A DNA stretch of 64,000 bases from Rhynchopus sp. YZ270_cl-10 (lineage: Eukaryota). Made by a program: the position numbers and the translations under genes. This document shows, piece after piece, positions 24,205-35,200 of the stretch. The notes beneath the pieces are model-generated. The model worked only from the letters and a program-made list of their open reading frames with translations, made no database searches and had not been told where the DNA came from. The stretch is from assembly GCA_964035575.1 (NCBI GenBank), contig OZ037840.1, forward strand, positions 744,001 through 808,000. The letters run 5' to 3'. Every line of letters begins with the position of its first letter. Position 1 is the stretch's first letter.

Positions 24205-24250
24205 GGAGGAAGAAGAGGAAGAGGAAGAGGAGGAGGAGGAAAGTAATTAA
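22489..24250 (+). CDS. Alpha-carbonic-anhydrase-related type I membrane protein, probably acatalytic, 2 exons
   Basis: Exon 22489-22567 (signal peptide, WNY) plus exon 22968-24250. Motifs GPSNW, CAGQAQSPIDI, NTGH, AEHTLDG, YTGSNTAPPCTEG..W and NARPLQ, then a TM helix and a poly-Glu tail. Confidence 0.88.
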
Positions 24251-25025
24251 AAATTTTTTTTTTTTTTTTTTTTTAGAAACAAAAGCATTTAACTGCGGTT
24301 CTAGGGGACGAATCCGCGCTGCAGAGCCACCTCCTCACCCAACCAGGTCGAGGTGTGTGCGGTTTCACCACAACCCTCTCCCATGGGGGTTTTTTAATCG
24401 TTGTGATGAGTTGTTAAGTTTCTATTTTGGTTTCATGCAATGAGAAGAGGGCGCTTTCTTGTTCATACTTCAAATTTTATTCGTTTTCATTTTGACTAAA
24501 GTTGGGAGCGGCGGGATGGGGAGATCTATGAAAAGCCTTATATATTAAGGTGACTAAACACTTGTCGGCTTAGGGTCATCTTATAAACTTTTCTTTATTT
24601 TGATGTGACGACTTACGCCGTGCACAGCAACCTTGTACAGTTTTTTTTTTTTCTTGATCCCTCACCATATACTATCAATTTATTGATTGCATATGATGAA
24701 AATACTTTTTTTCTGTACATTTATGTGTACCCCCTCTCTCCCCTTTAGTGCTGTGTGGCACTAAGCTAAGCGATAACCCAATAAATACAACTACGCTACC
24801 ACCCCTTTTTGCTACCGCAATGCCTCCTAGCAATAGAGATGAGGTACGCGAAGCTGTACCCATTGCTTGCTTGGGGAGACATATGAAGCCCGCGGGAATC
24901 CGCGCAGTATCTGACTGCCTTCCGTCGGTACTTCTCTAGGTATCACAGCAAAAAAAGGCCTCTGATCCATTTGATTCAATTGCACCCTCACCCCCATCCT
25001 CACCTTCATTCCCAGGCACACCCTC

Positions 25026-26747
25026 ATGATGCATCTTCCCGCCCTCCTCCTGCTGCACCTCTGCAGTGCCGCGAACCCCGTGCAGCGTGTCCTCTTTGTC
25101 GGGAACTCCTATACCTATGTGAACGATTTGCCGAATATGTACCGTCAGCTTGCAGGCAGTCTGCTCCCCGACACCACAATCACAGTCACCTCGGACACCG
25201 CTGGGGGGAGAGCTTTGGAGGCGGCCGCAACTGTGCCGTCTGTGCTTGACAAACTGGCGGCAGGCGACTTTGACTTTCTGGTGCTTCAAGAGCAGTCGAC
25301 GCTGAGTGCGACACCGAACTCAGGGAAGTACTCGAGCTACGCTTGGCAGCGGACGATGTGCGAGGATGCAGTGCGCACAGTCTTTGCGCCTGCTGCGAAG
25401 AAAGCGAATGCGACGGTTGTGTTCTTTGAGACGTGGGGACGGCGGCACAACGAGGCGGAGAAGTACACCGGGCACACCACGTATCTCGGGATGCAGCGTT
25501 CTGTTTGCGATGGGTACGCTGTCTACGCCGACATTGCACGGAGAGAGGCCTGCAGCACAGTCGCCACAGCGCGGGCAGGAGAAGTCTACAAGAAGGTGTA
25601 CGAGGCAGGGCTGCCCTCAGGCGACCCTTCATTGGACACGGCGTCGTCCTTCTACCAGCTCTACTCTGGAGACGGAAGCCACCCCGCAGTCTCCGGTACA
25701 TACGCCATCGCTTGGTCGCTCTTTGTTGCAATAACACACAACGCACAGCAGTTCAACCCCCAAACAACCTACACCGCAGGCCTCCCCACCGAGCAAGCCT
25801 CGACCCTCGCACAGTACGCAGGAGAGGTGTACCAAGAGTACCGCTCCGTTGCGCCTGAAATCACAGCACTCCGCGGGGCGTATCCCACCGGAAGGTACAT
25901 CATCCGGAAGGACGTGATCTCCGTCTGGGGCGGTCCGCAAGACGATGTCAGCAACGTGTACCCCTTAGAGGTTGTGAATGGTTCGGTGTTCTGGGCTGAG
26001 CAGAATGCGTCTGTTGTGGAGGTGGAGGAGATTCCTGCGAAGGTGACCTGGAGTGATGGGACTGTCATTGCGAACAATGCTGTGGTGTGTGAATGGCGCA
26101 GTGCAACACCAGCGACATCTGCACCCACAACAGCAGAGCCTATCGCAACTCTTCCAGGGACAGGAGCCTCCGATACGACAGCATCTCCGGGTTCAGAAAT
26201 GCCAGTACACCACTCAGTTGTGCCTGCAACCACTGCACCGATTCCAACATCCACCGTGACTCCTGCGACAGAGACAGCAACACCAACAACGCCGTTACGA
26301 ACACTGACGCCACCCACACCCACGGCACTGCACGGCACTGCCCGCTGCTCGACCCGCCCATGCGAGACAGAGAACACAATGTGCAAAGAGGCTGACGGCG
26401 GGCACACCTGTGTCTCCTATGCGGCAGCAGAGTGCTGTGCAGAGCGCCCTGCATGCACATCAGGGCTGCGTGCATCAACCCAGCCGTGCACAGAAGAGGA
26501 GGCTGTGAAGGGCAGCTGTGTGTGGGTGGCGTTGTGTTGCGAGGAAGTCTTCTGCAGAGAAGGAGGGGACGACGGCACACCCGTGTGGGTGTGGGTTCTT
26601 GTGGGGGTGGGTGCGGTGGTGGCGATACTCGCAGCAGTGGCGGTGGCGTCTTTTCTGTTCTGCGGGGCAGGAAAGACGCTGACAGCTTTCTCTCTGATGG
26701 ATGAAGACTTTGTGGCCATGGAGGAGAGAACCAAGGATTCTGTGTGA
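25026..26747 (+). CDS. SGNH/GDSL-hydrolase-like surface protein, copy 1 (573 aa)
   Basis: Signal peptide; VLFVGNSYT (block I Ser), LQEQS, FFETWG and DGSHP (DxxH); Thr/Pro stalk, Cys-rich module, C-terminal TM helix. Confidence 0.85.
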   Translation: MMHLPALLLLHLCSAANPVQRVLFVGNSYTYVNDLPNMYRQLAGSLLPDTTITVTSDTAGGRALEAAATVPSVLDKLAAGDFDFLVLQEQSTLSATPNSGKYSSYAWQRTMCEDAVRTVFAPAAKKANATVVFFETWGRRHNEAEKYTGHTTYLGMQRSVCDGYAVYADIARREACSTVATARAGEVYKKVYEAGLPSGDPSLDTASSFYQLYSGDGSHPAVSGTYAIAWSLFVAITHNAQQFNPQTTYTAGLPTEQASTLAQYAGEVYQEYRSVAPEITALRGAYPTGRYIIRKDVISVWGGPQDDVSNVYPLEVVNGSVFWAEQNASVVEVEEIPAKVTWSDGTVIANNAVVCEWRSATPATSAPTTAEPIATLPGTGASDTTASPGSEMPVHHSVVPATTAPIPTSTVTPATETATPTTPLRTLTPPTPTALHGTARCSTRPCETENTMCKEADGGHTCVSYAAAECCAERPACTSGLRASTQPCTEEEAVKGSCVWVALCCEEVFCREGGDDGTPVWVWVLVGVGAVVAILAAVAVASFLFCGAGKTLTAFSLMDEDFVAMEERTKDSV

Positions 26748-27523
26748 GAATCCGCAATGCAGATAGATTAAAGATACAGACATTCCCGTCCATAGTTTTT
26801 GCTTTTGTTTTTTTTTTGAGAATGTGACCAAAAAATAGAGAAATAGTGTATTTTACAAGGTTAGAAAAAAATGCAAGAAATCCGGCGAGAAGAGTCATGA
26901 ACAAAAGTCCGATTATTTTATGATAAACTGTCTATTTTTGGACGAAATGTGAGGATCATTTTGATTGTGTGTCCCCCAAAAATAACATTTTTTTGATAAA
27001 TTGTTGGGGTAGTGTAGTTGCCTTGGCTGTGTTGCTACAGTTGTGCAATCTCCACTTTCTTGTTGTGTGTGTTGTGCATTGATACTTGCCTGAGGTTTAT
27101 CAATTATAATCGGTTTTTGTGGCTAAAATTCTAACTTTTTTGCAAAGTACTTATTCTCTCTATCATTTTTCTCGCAGTATCAAGTCGCGTTTCCTTTGTC
27201 CTTTGCACATATCTCGTGTTCCATCATCGTTTGTTTTTAAGTCACTCTGTTCGATTACCCTTCATGAAACTACAGGACATGTTTCTATTTTCAAGATTAT
27301 CATTTTTTATTTTTTTGTGTTATCAAGCATTGCCGAATAGAAATGGAAAACGGCAGATGGTGCGTGCCCGCTTTAGCGTATTTGGTTTTCCACTAACATA
27401 CACCTCGCTCACGTGCATCAGTGAAAAAACACAAACCTTTTGCGGTGCGATAAACGAAAAAGTGTTTTCTTTATTTCAACTTAACTGTCATATCCTGAAG
27501 TAGTTTTCTAGTTTTGCGTGAGC

Positions 27524-27620
27524 AGATGTAAACCACGAAATGGATTGGACTGCATGGTTGGGGGGGTCCACCCCGGTACCAAGGTACACTGTTCACGAGA
27601 GGGCTTTGTATTTCAAGTTC
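27524..27620 (+). repeat. Dispersed hairpin repeat family A (representative copy)
   Basis: Core AGGTACACTGTTCACGAGAGGGCTTTGTATTTCAA. Copies at about 4099, 9829, 22099, 27582, 31433, 39637, 61173 and 61282; degenerate copies at about 726, 20133 and 38594. Longer copies share an upstream AGATGTAAACC..AAATGGA...GGACTGCATGGTTGGG..TCCACC. Confidence 0.85.
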
Positions 27621-28426
27621 CATTTTTTTGTTGTTGTTGTATTTATTGCTTCTGTTTCACATTGGAGAGTGTTGAATGTTTTCAAACAGGTGTACGTTTC
27701 TAAGCATACCCTCTCTGTTTTCTTTTTGCTTTTTCATGTGGCAAGATGCATGAGAGACACGTTCATGTTGCCACAAAGGTTCGTTTGATTTATTCTGTTG
27801 GCCCCTACCCTCCTCACCGTTGTGTGTGTGTCTGTCGTGTTGTACCACAAGGGTCTTGTCTCTGTCCCATCACCACGCTTCCTTGTTCCATCCGTTTACC
27901 TGTTTTATTTTTTTGTTCCAGCTTATCTCTCCTTTACCACATCCTTTGGCTGGCCTGCTGGGGAAGTGAAAAATGTTTCAGTGCAAAGCCCCCTGCCATA
28001 AAAGGCAACGGTTTTCACTGCCAACATTGTTACATTGTTACAATCGACAGTAAAATGCAAGATACACAACCCTCTTTGGTGAGGAAGCCTATGGTCGATA
28101 CAATAACAAGCACTTTGCAAACCCGGCCAACAGCGAAATTGTGCGGAGAAGAACCAAGTGTTTTCAAAAGGGTGCGACGGGAGTGGGTCATTGGGACAAA
28201 CCACCCCATTCTGGAAGAAGTAACATAGAATGTAGGGAAGTATTTTATTGCCACAAGATTCCCCACCATCACCACCACCACCACCGCCACCCCCGCGGGA
28301 ATCCGCGCAGTATCTGACTGCCTTCCGTCGATACTTCTCTAGGTATCACAGCAAAAAGGCCTCTGATCCATTTGATTCAATTGCACCCTCACCCCCATCC
28401 TCACCTTCATTCCCAGGCACACCCTC

Positions 28427-30841
28427 ATGATGCATCTTCCCGCCCTCCTCCTGCTGCACCTCTGCAGTGCCGCGAACCCCGTGCAGCGTGTCCTCTTTGT
28501 CGGGAACTCCTATACCTATGTGAACGATTTGCCGAATATGTACCGTCAGCTTGCAGGCAGTCTGCTCCCCGACACCACAATCACAGTCACCTCGGACACC
28601 GCTGGGGGCAGAGCTTTGGAGGCGGCTGCAACTGTGCCGTCTGTGCTTGACAAACTGGCGGCAGGCGACTTTGACTTTCTGGTGCTTCAAGAGCAGTCGA
28701 CGCTGAGTGCGACACCGAACTCAGGGAAGTACTCGAGCTACGCTTGGCAGCGGACGATGTGCGAGGATGCAGTGCGCACAGTCTTTGCGCCTGCTGCGAA
28801 GAAAGCGAATGCGACGGTTGTGTTCTTTGAGACGTGGGGACGGCGGCACAACGAGGCGGAGAAGTACACCGGGCACACCACGTATCTCGGGATGCAGCGT
28901 TCTGTTTGCGATGGGTACGCTGTCTACGCTGACATTGCACGGAGAGAGGCCTGCAGCACTGTCGCCACAGCGCGGGCAGGAGAAGTCTACAAGAAGGTGT
29001 ACGAGGCAGGGCTGCCCTCAGGCGACCCTTCATTGGACACGGCGTCGTCCTTCTACCAGCTCTACTCTGGAGACGGAAGCCACCCCGCAGTCTCCGGTAC
29101 ATACGCCATCGCTTGGTCGCTCTTTGTTGCAATAACACACAACGCACAGCAGTTCAACCCCCAAACAACCTACACCGCAGGCCTCCCCACCGAGCAAGCC
29201 TCGACCCTCGCACAGTACGCAGGAGAGGTGTACCAAGAGTACCGCTCCGTTGCGCCTGAAATCACAGCACTCCGCGGGGCGTATCCCACCGGAAGGTACA
29301 TCATCCGGAAGGACGTGATATCCGTCTGGGGTGGTCCGCAAGACGATGTCAGCAACGTGTACCCCTTAGAGGTTGTGAATGGATCGGTGTTCTGGGCTGA
29401 GCAGAATGCGTCTGTTGTGGAGGTGGAGGAGATTCCTGCGAAGGTGACCTGGAGTGATGGGACTGTCATTGCGAACAATGCTGTGGTGTGTGAATGGCGC
29501 AGTGCAACACCAGCGACATCTACACCCGGAACGGCAGAGCCCATCGCAACAGGAGCTCCTGTGACTGGATCACCAGCTACATCTGTGACAGAATCACCTG
29601 CGACATCCGTAACAGGAACACCTGCAACATCTGTGACAGGAACACCAGCGACATCTGTTACAGGAACACCAGCTACATCTGTGACAGGAACACCAGCGAC
29701 ATCCGTAACAGGAACACCTGCAACATCTGTGACAGGAACACCAGCGACATCTGTGACAGGAACACCAGCGACATCTGTTACAGGAACACCAGCTACATCT
29801 GTGACAGGAACACCTGCAACATCTGTGACAGGAACACCAGCGACATCTGTGACAGGAACACCAGCGACATCCGTAACAGGAACACCTGCAACATCTGTGA
29901 CAGGAACACCAGCGACATCTGTGACAGGAACACCAGCGACATCTGTTACAGGAACACCAGCGACATCTGTGACAGGAACACCAGCGACATCTGTGACAGG
30001 AACACCAGCGACATCTGTGACAGGAACACCAGCGACATCTGTGACAGGAACACCAGCGACATCTGTGACAGGAACACCAGCGACATCTGTGACAGGAACA
30101 CCAGCGACATCTGTGACAGGAACACCAGCGACATCTGTTACAGGAACACCTGCTACATCTGTGACAGGAACACCAGCGACATCCGTAACAGGAACACCTG
30201 CAACATCTGTTACAGGAACACCAGCGACATCTGTTACAGGAACACCAGCGACATCTGTTACAGGAACACCAGCGACATCTGTTACAGGAACACCTGCAAC
30301 ATCTGTGACAGGGACACCTGCTACGTCTGTGACAGGAACACCAACCACCGCTACTCCTGCGACAGAGACACCGACGACAGCAACGCCGTTACGAACACTG
30401 ACGCCACCCACACCCACGGCACTGCACGGCACTGCCCGCTGCTCGACCCGCCCATGCGAGACAGAGAACACAATGTGCAAAGAGGCTGACGGCGGGCACA
30501 CCTGTGTCTCCTATGCGGCAGCAGAGTGCTGTGCAGAGCGCCCTGCATGCACATCAGGGCTGCGTGCATCAACCCAGCCGTGCACAGAAGAGGAGGCTGT
30601 GAAGGGCAGCTGTGTGTGGGTGGCGTTGTGTTGCGAGGAAGTCTTCTGCAGAGAAGGAGGGGACGACGGCACACCCGTGTGGGTGTGGGTTCTTGTGGGT
30701 GTGGGTGCGGTGGTGGCGATACTCGCAGCAGTGGCGGTGGCGTCTTTTCTGTTCTGCGGGGCAGGAAAGACACAGCCAGCTTTCTCTCTGATGGATGAAG
30801 ACTTTGTGGCCATGGAAGAGAGACCCAAGGATTCTGTGTGA
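28427..30841 (+). CDS. SGNH/GDSL-hydrolase-like surface protein, copy 2 (804 aa), with an expanded mucin-like stalk
   Basis: Nearly identical to copy 1 except the stalk, which is about 32 x VTGTPATS. Confidence 0.85.
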   Translation: MMHLPALLLLHLCSAANPVQRVLFVGNSYTYVNDLPNMYRQLAGSLLPDTTITVTSDTAGGRALEAAATVPSVLDKLAAGDFDFLVLQEQSTLSATPNSGKYSSYAWQRTMCEDAVRTVFAPAAKKANATVVFFETWGRRHNEAEKYTGHTTYLGMQRSVCDGYAVYADIARREACSTVATARAGEVYKKVYEAGLPSGDPSLDTASSFYQLYSGDGSHPAVSGTYAIAWSLFVAITHNAQQFNPQTTYTAGLPTEQASTLAQYAGEVYQEYRSVAPEITALRGAYPTGRYIIRKDVISVWGGPQDDVSNVYPLEVVNGSVFWAEQNASVVEVEEIPAKVTWSDGTVIANNAVVCEWRSATPATSTPGTAEPIATGAPVTGSPATSVTESPATSVTGTPATSVTGTPATSVTGTPATSVTGTPATSVTGTPATSVTGTPATSVTGTPATSVTGTPATSVTGTPATSVTGTPATSVTGTPATSVTGTPATSVTGTPATSVTGTPATSVTGTPATSVTGTPATSVTGTPATSVTGTPATSVTGTPATSVTGTPATSVTGTPATSVTGTPATSVTGTPATSVTGTPATSVTGTPATSVTGTPATSVTGTPATSVTGTPATSVTGTPATSVTGTPATSVTGTPTTATPATETPTTATPLRTLTPPTPTALHGTARCSTRPCETENTMCKEADGGHTCVSYAAAECCAERPACTSGLRASTQPCTEEEAVKGSCVWVALCCEEVFCREGGDDGTPVWVWVLVGVGAVVAILAAVAVASFLFCGAGKTQPAFSLMDEDFVAMEERPKDSV
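29561..30345 (+). repeat. Coding 24-bp minisatellite (VTGTPATS)n
   Basis: Tandem GTGACAGGAACACCAGCGACATCT units varying mostly at third codon positions. Confidence 0.95.
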
Positions 30842-31332
30842 GGATCCGCAATGCAGATAGATTAAAGATACAGACATTCCCGTCCATAGTTTTTGCTTTT
30901 GATGATTCTTTTTTTGAGAATGTGACCAAAAAAATGAAAAATCCGGCGAGCAGAAGAGTCATGAACAAAAGTCCGATTATTTTATGATAAACTGTCTATT
31001 TTTGGACGAAATGTGAGGATCATTTTGATTGTGTGTCCCCCAATAGAAAGAGAACGTTTCTTTTTGTGTGGATTGTGCATTGATTCTCGCCTAAGGTTTA
31101 TCAATTAAAATCGGGGTGTTTTTTTTTGTGGCTAAATTTCTAACTTTTCGCGAATTATTTTCCCTCTCATTTTCTCTTTGTCCTTCGCACGTGTCTCGTT
31201 TTTCATCATAGTTTGTTTTTAAGTCACTCTGTATCATTGGCACCCCGGAAATCCAAAAAAAAAAACGAAGTACGTGACAACGAAGCAAAAAGTACGCAAA
31301 ATGGGGTGGTCAGGAGCACCAAATCATTGCTT

Positions 31333-31366
<34 letters not shown>

Positions 31367-32283
31367 TTTTGTAAGCTGGTGACTAAGCATACAAAAGCTT
31401 AGGTTCATCTTAGCAAATGTTGCTCTTTTATGAGTACTGTTCACGAGAGGGCTTTGTATTTCAAGTTCCATTTTTTTTTGTTTTTTTATTGTATTTGTTG
31501 CTGCTGTTGTACATTTATTGCTGAATGTCAAAACAGATGTACCCTTTCTAAGCACACTCGCTCTAGTACGTTTTGCTTATATGTTACGAAAGGGACGTCA
31601 TTCCTCTTGCCTCCCTACCCTCTTCACCAATGTGTGTGTGTCGTGTTGTGCCGGGTCTTGTCTCCGTCCCATCCCCGTTTACCTATTTTTTTACGCACAC
31701 TACATTGTGAGCGGAAAGTGTCATGTCGTGTAGTGTACTGTGTTTGATAACTAATAAGGGTCATTCTTGCGGAATATGGCCCCAATCAGTGTGTAGAATC
31801 GCTCAATATCAAACAACTACAAGAAGGGGGGTGAGGGAACGGCAAGATGGCACTTTTTTTTTTTGTGTTCCAGCTTATCTCTCCTTTACCACATCCTTTG
31901 GCTGGCCTGCTCGCAGAGTGAAATGTTTCAGTGCAAAGCCCCCTGCCATAAAAGGCAACGGTTTTCACTTTTTGTTACGACAGCAACAATGCAAGATACA
32001 CAACCCTCTTTGGTGAGGAAGCCCAATTGTCGATACAATTAAAAAAAAACACTTTGCAAAAACCCAGCCAACAGCGAAATTTTACGGAGAAGAACCAACT
32101 ATTTTCAAAGGGCCCCACGGGGGTGGGACCTTGGGACAGACCACCCCATTCTGGAAAAAAGGCACACACAGAAGTATTTTCAATTTCCACAACACCCCCC
32201 ACCACCATCACCACCACCACCCCTTCAGGATCGGTGCAGCACCAGCTCTCCTTTCAACCCCTTTTTCTCCCTCATTCCCCTCG

Positions 32284-35200
32284 ATGGCTTCCGAAGACGA
32301 GATGGCACGTATAGTATACCAATCCTTTAGTCGAGGGATGGAGCAGCCAAGCTTCGGCGACTTCCAGCAGGGTATGCAGCAGCTCGAGGTGGAGTTCACC
32401 CCTGAAACGCTCCGCCATATGTTCGACAAGGCAGACCGCAACCGCGACGGCCGTCTGTCTTCCGTAGAATTCAAAAGCCTTGCGGCGCAGTACCCAAAGC
32501 TCATTGAATGCCTTGCACACCGTCTGTCCGACCGGCGTGCACAGGATGTCCACGATGAAAGCGTTGCGCATGCGGAGATGGAGGTCGAAAACGCGACACA
32601 CCACTGCGAGCAAAAGGCGCAGGCCTTCGAAGACATGGCCGAAGCACACCGGGAGTGCGAGGAACAGCTTGCTGAACGGCTACGTCTGCTGGAGGAGGAG
32701 CGGGCGCGCGAGGCGGAGGCACGCAACGCAGACGAGGCACAAAGACATGACCAGGTCTCCTCTCGACAGGCAGACCAAGTTGCCTCTGCGATCGACAAGC
32801 TTGCGACCGGAGTATGCGATGAGAAGAAGGAGCAGTTCTATGCTTCCGTGACGGAGGACGATATCCGCACCTTTGCCGGGAAGCTTGCAGCAGAGTGGCG
32901 CACCAAGCCAGGCGACGTCGTTGACGAGCTGGTCGAGAACCTCAAAACCCCCGACACCGTGCACTCCAAGCTCGCTGTCGTTGCCGAAGCTGCCCGCCAC
33001 CTCCACGAAACACGCGGCCAGCACTACCCACAACGCAACCGCGCGGAGCTCCTTGTCATGGCACTCTACACCATGGCTGGACCCGACATCGACGCTCTCA
33101 TGACTTTTGAGAACGTTCCCGTATACGACGAAGGCAACAAAGAACCGTGGGATGCATACACCAAGCAGTACTCCAAGGAACGCAACGGTGCGATCTTCAG
33201 CTCCATCAACTGGGCCATGCGGACCGCAGCAGACCCCAAGAAGGAGGGCTCAGACGAAGGCGCGCAGGCATGGGACGCATGCAAGAAATGGATCAAATAC
33301 ATTACCCTGCTTCTCTCCGTCTGCGTTCAGGTGGAGACACAGCACGAAGCTGCGGGGGCAGAGCTTGCGAGAGGGCTTGCCGGGCTGCCTGAGGAGGTGG
33401 TTGACGCTCATAAGGCTTTGACCTCTGAGGACACGCTGTCGTGGCCGTCTGCCTCGAGCTGTGCTTTTGACCGTTCCGTGAGTGAGTCGTATGTGAAAGG
33501 CGATGCGGCGAATGCGACCAAGCAGAAGGGAGGTGCAATCCTGTTTCTGTTGAAGGAGGCCCGCTGGGGGGTCTCTCTGCAGGCCATCTCGAAGTACCCG
33601 AAGGAGGCAGAGATGTTGCTGCCGCCGTTTGCGAAGTTCAGTCTTGCCTCGCAGGATGTGGACAGCAGCCTCGGCGACGCTCTTGTACTGCATCTCCAAA
33701 TGACCGGACACAATGCAGAAGAGAAGTTCTGCCGTGAGGTAAGCACTGCAGGGGACCACTCCGCCAAGCGCCTACAGACTGCTTTGGTATGGCTTGTTTT
33801 TGGCAGAATTGAGGGGAATGTGTAGTGTGTTTGTATTTTTCAACTTTTTTTTATTTCTCCTTTTGCAGGTTGCCCACGCCGAGTCTGCGCTGCGTGATAG
33901 GACAGCAGAGCTCGAGAGGCAGCGTCAACGCGAACGTCAATGCGGCGGAGACGTGCTGCGCACAGAACGCGACGTGGACCGCCAGCGCAACAGACTTGCC
34001 CTCTCTGAGTCCGACGCAAAACGTGCAGAGGACCGCCTTAAGGAGCTGGAGAGGCTGCTCGAGGTACTCAACAACCTACCCACACCCTCACCTTCACCTT
34101 CACCTTTTTGCTTCAAATAAAGAGAACTTCATTTATTTTTAAAACCCCCCCACCCTCACACCCTCACACCCTACAGGAACAACGCGACGAATGCGACCGC
34201 CAGCAGGACACCATGCACCGCAACGAACAAGAACTCCGCGACGCAGAAGGCCTGCGCGAAGCAGCGCTTGTGGACCAGGGCGAGGCACGCAACGATGTGG
34301 AGGCAGCAGAGGCAGTGGTGGTGGAGGCTGCGTCTGCGCTGGAGGATGCGAAGAAGGCGAAGGAGGTTCGCAGGCAGGAGGCTCAGGTGCGTCTGGTCGA
34401 GGCACGGCGGGATACGGGCGCGCAGGAGCGTGAGAAGGACAACGCAGAGCGCGTTCTGTCGCAGCACCGCAGCGGACTGCAGTCCTCACGTGGTGAGCTG
34501 GACAACGCACTCCACGAGCTTGAAGAAGCGGAACGCCGTGTACGCCAAATGCGTGAAGCATCTGCAGCAGCGCGTGAACGCCGTGCCTCACTCAACGAAG
34601 ACGAACGCTTCATCCTCGACCAAGAAGTCAAGCTCGTCCTCCAACGCCTTGCGCTCGAGGAGAAGGAAAGCAAGCACTACTCCGACCTGCGCTCCTTCGA
34701 CGACAACTTCCGCCCCAACTCCCCGCCAAACCAGCGCCCCTCGGGGCTCCAGGCACGCTCCGTCGGCAACCCGGTTCCGCCGCCACAGACGCGCAACACA
34801 TCGCCAGGGCTCTCTGCGCAAAGCACACCGAAGACGCGCTATGCCGACGAGAGGAGGGAAAGGGAGAGGACGCCACTGCAGGAGATCCAGCAGCAGCAGG
34901 TGCACACACCTGTGCAGCGCGGGGGTAGTGTGGGTGGTGGTGGTGGTGGTGGTGGTGGGGGAGCAGTCACCACTGAAGGCCTCATGAGAGCACAAAGCGC
35001 AGCACACAGCGAAGCACACAGCGCAGTGTCGCACAGAGAGACGCAAGGTAGTGGTGCGCGTCGGCAGAGCGGTGGGGCAGGGCAGCAGCCGTTGGTATGG
35101 GAAAGCTTGGGTGTAGTTTCGCCCTCCCGTGGGTCTATTTTCATTTATTTTTTGGAATGCTATTCGGGTTTGCTATGTGGGAGCACACCTTGCCCTATGT

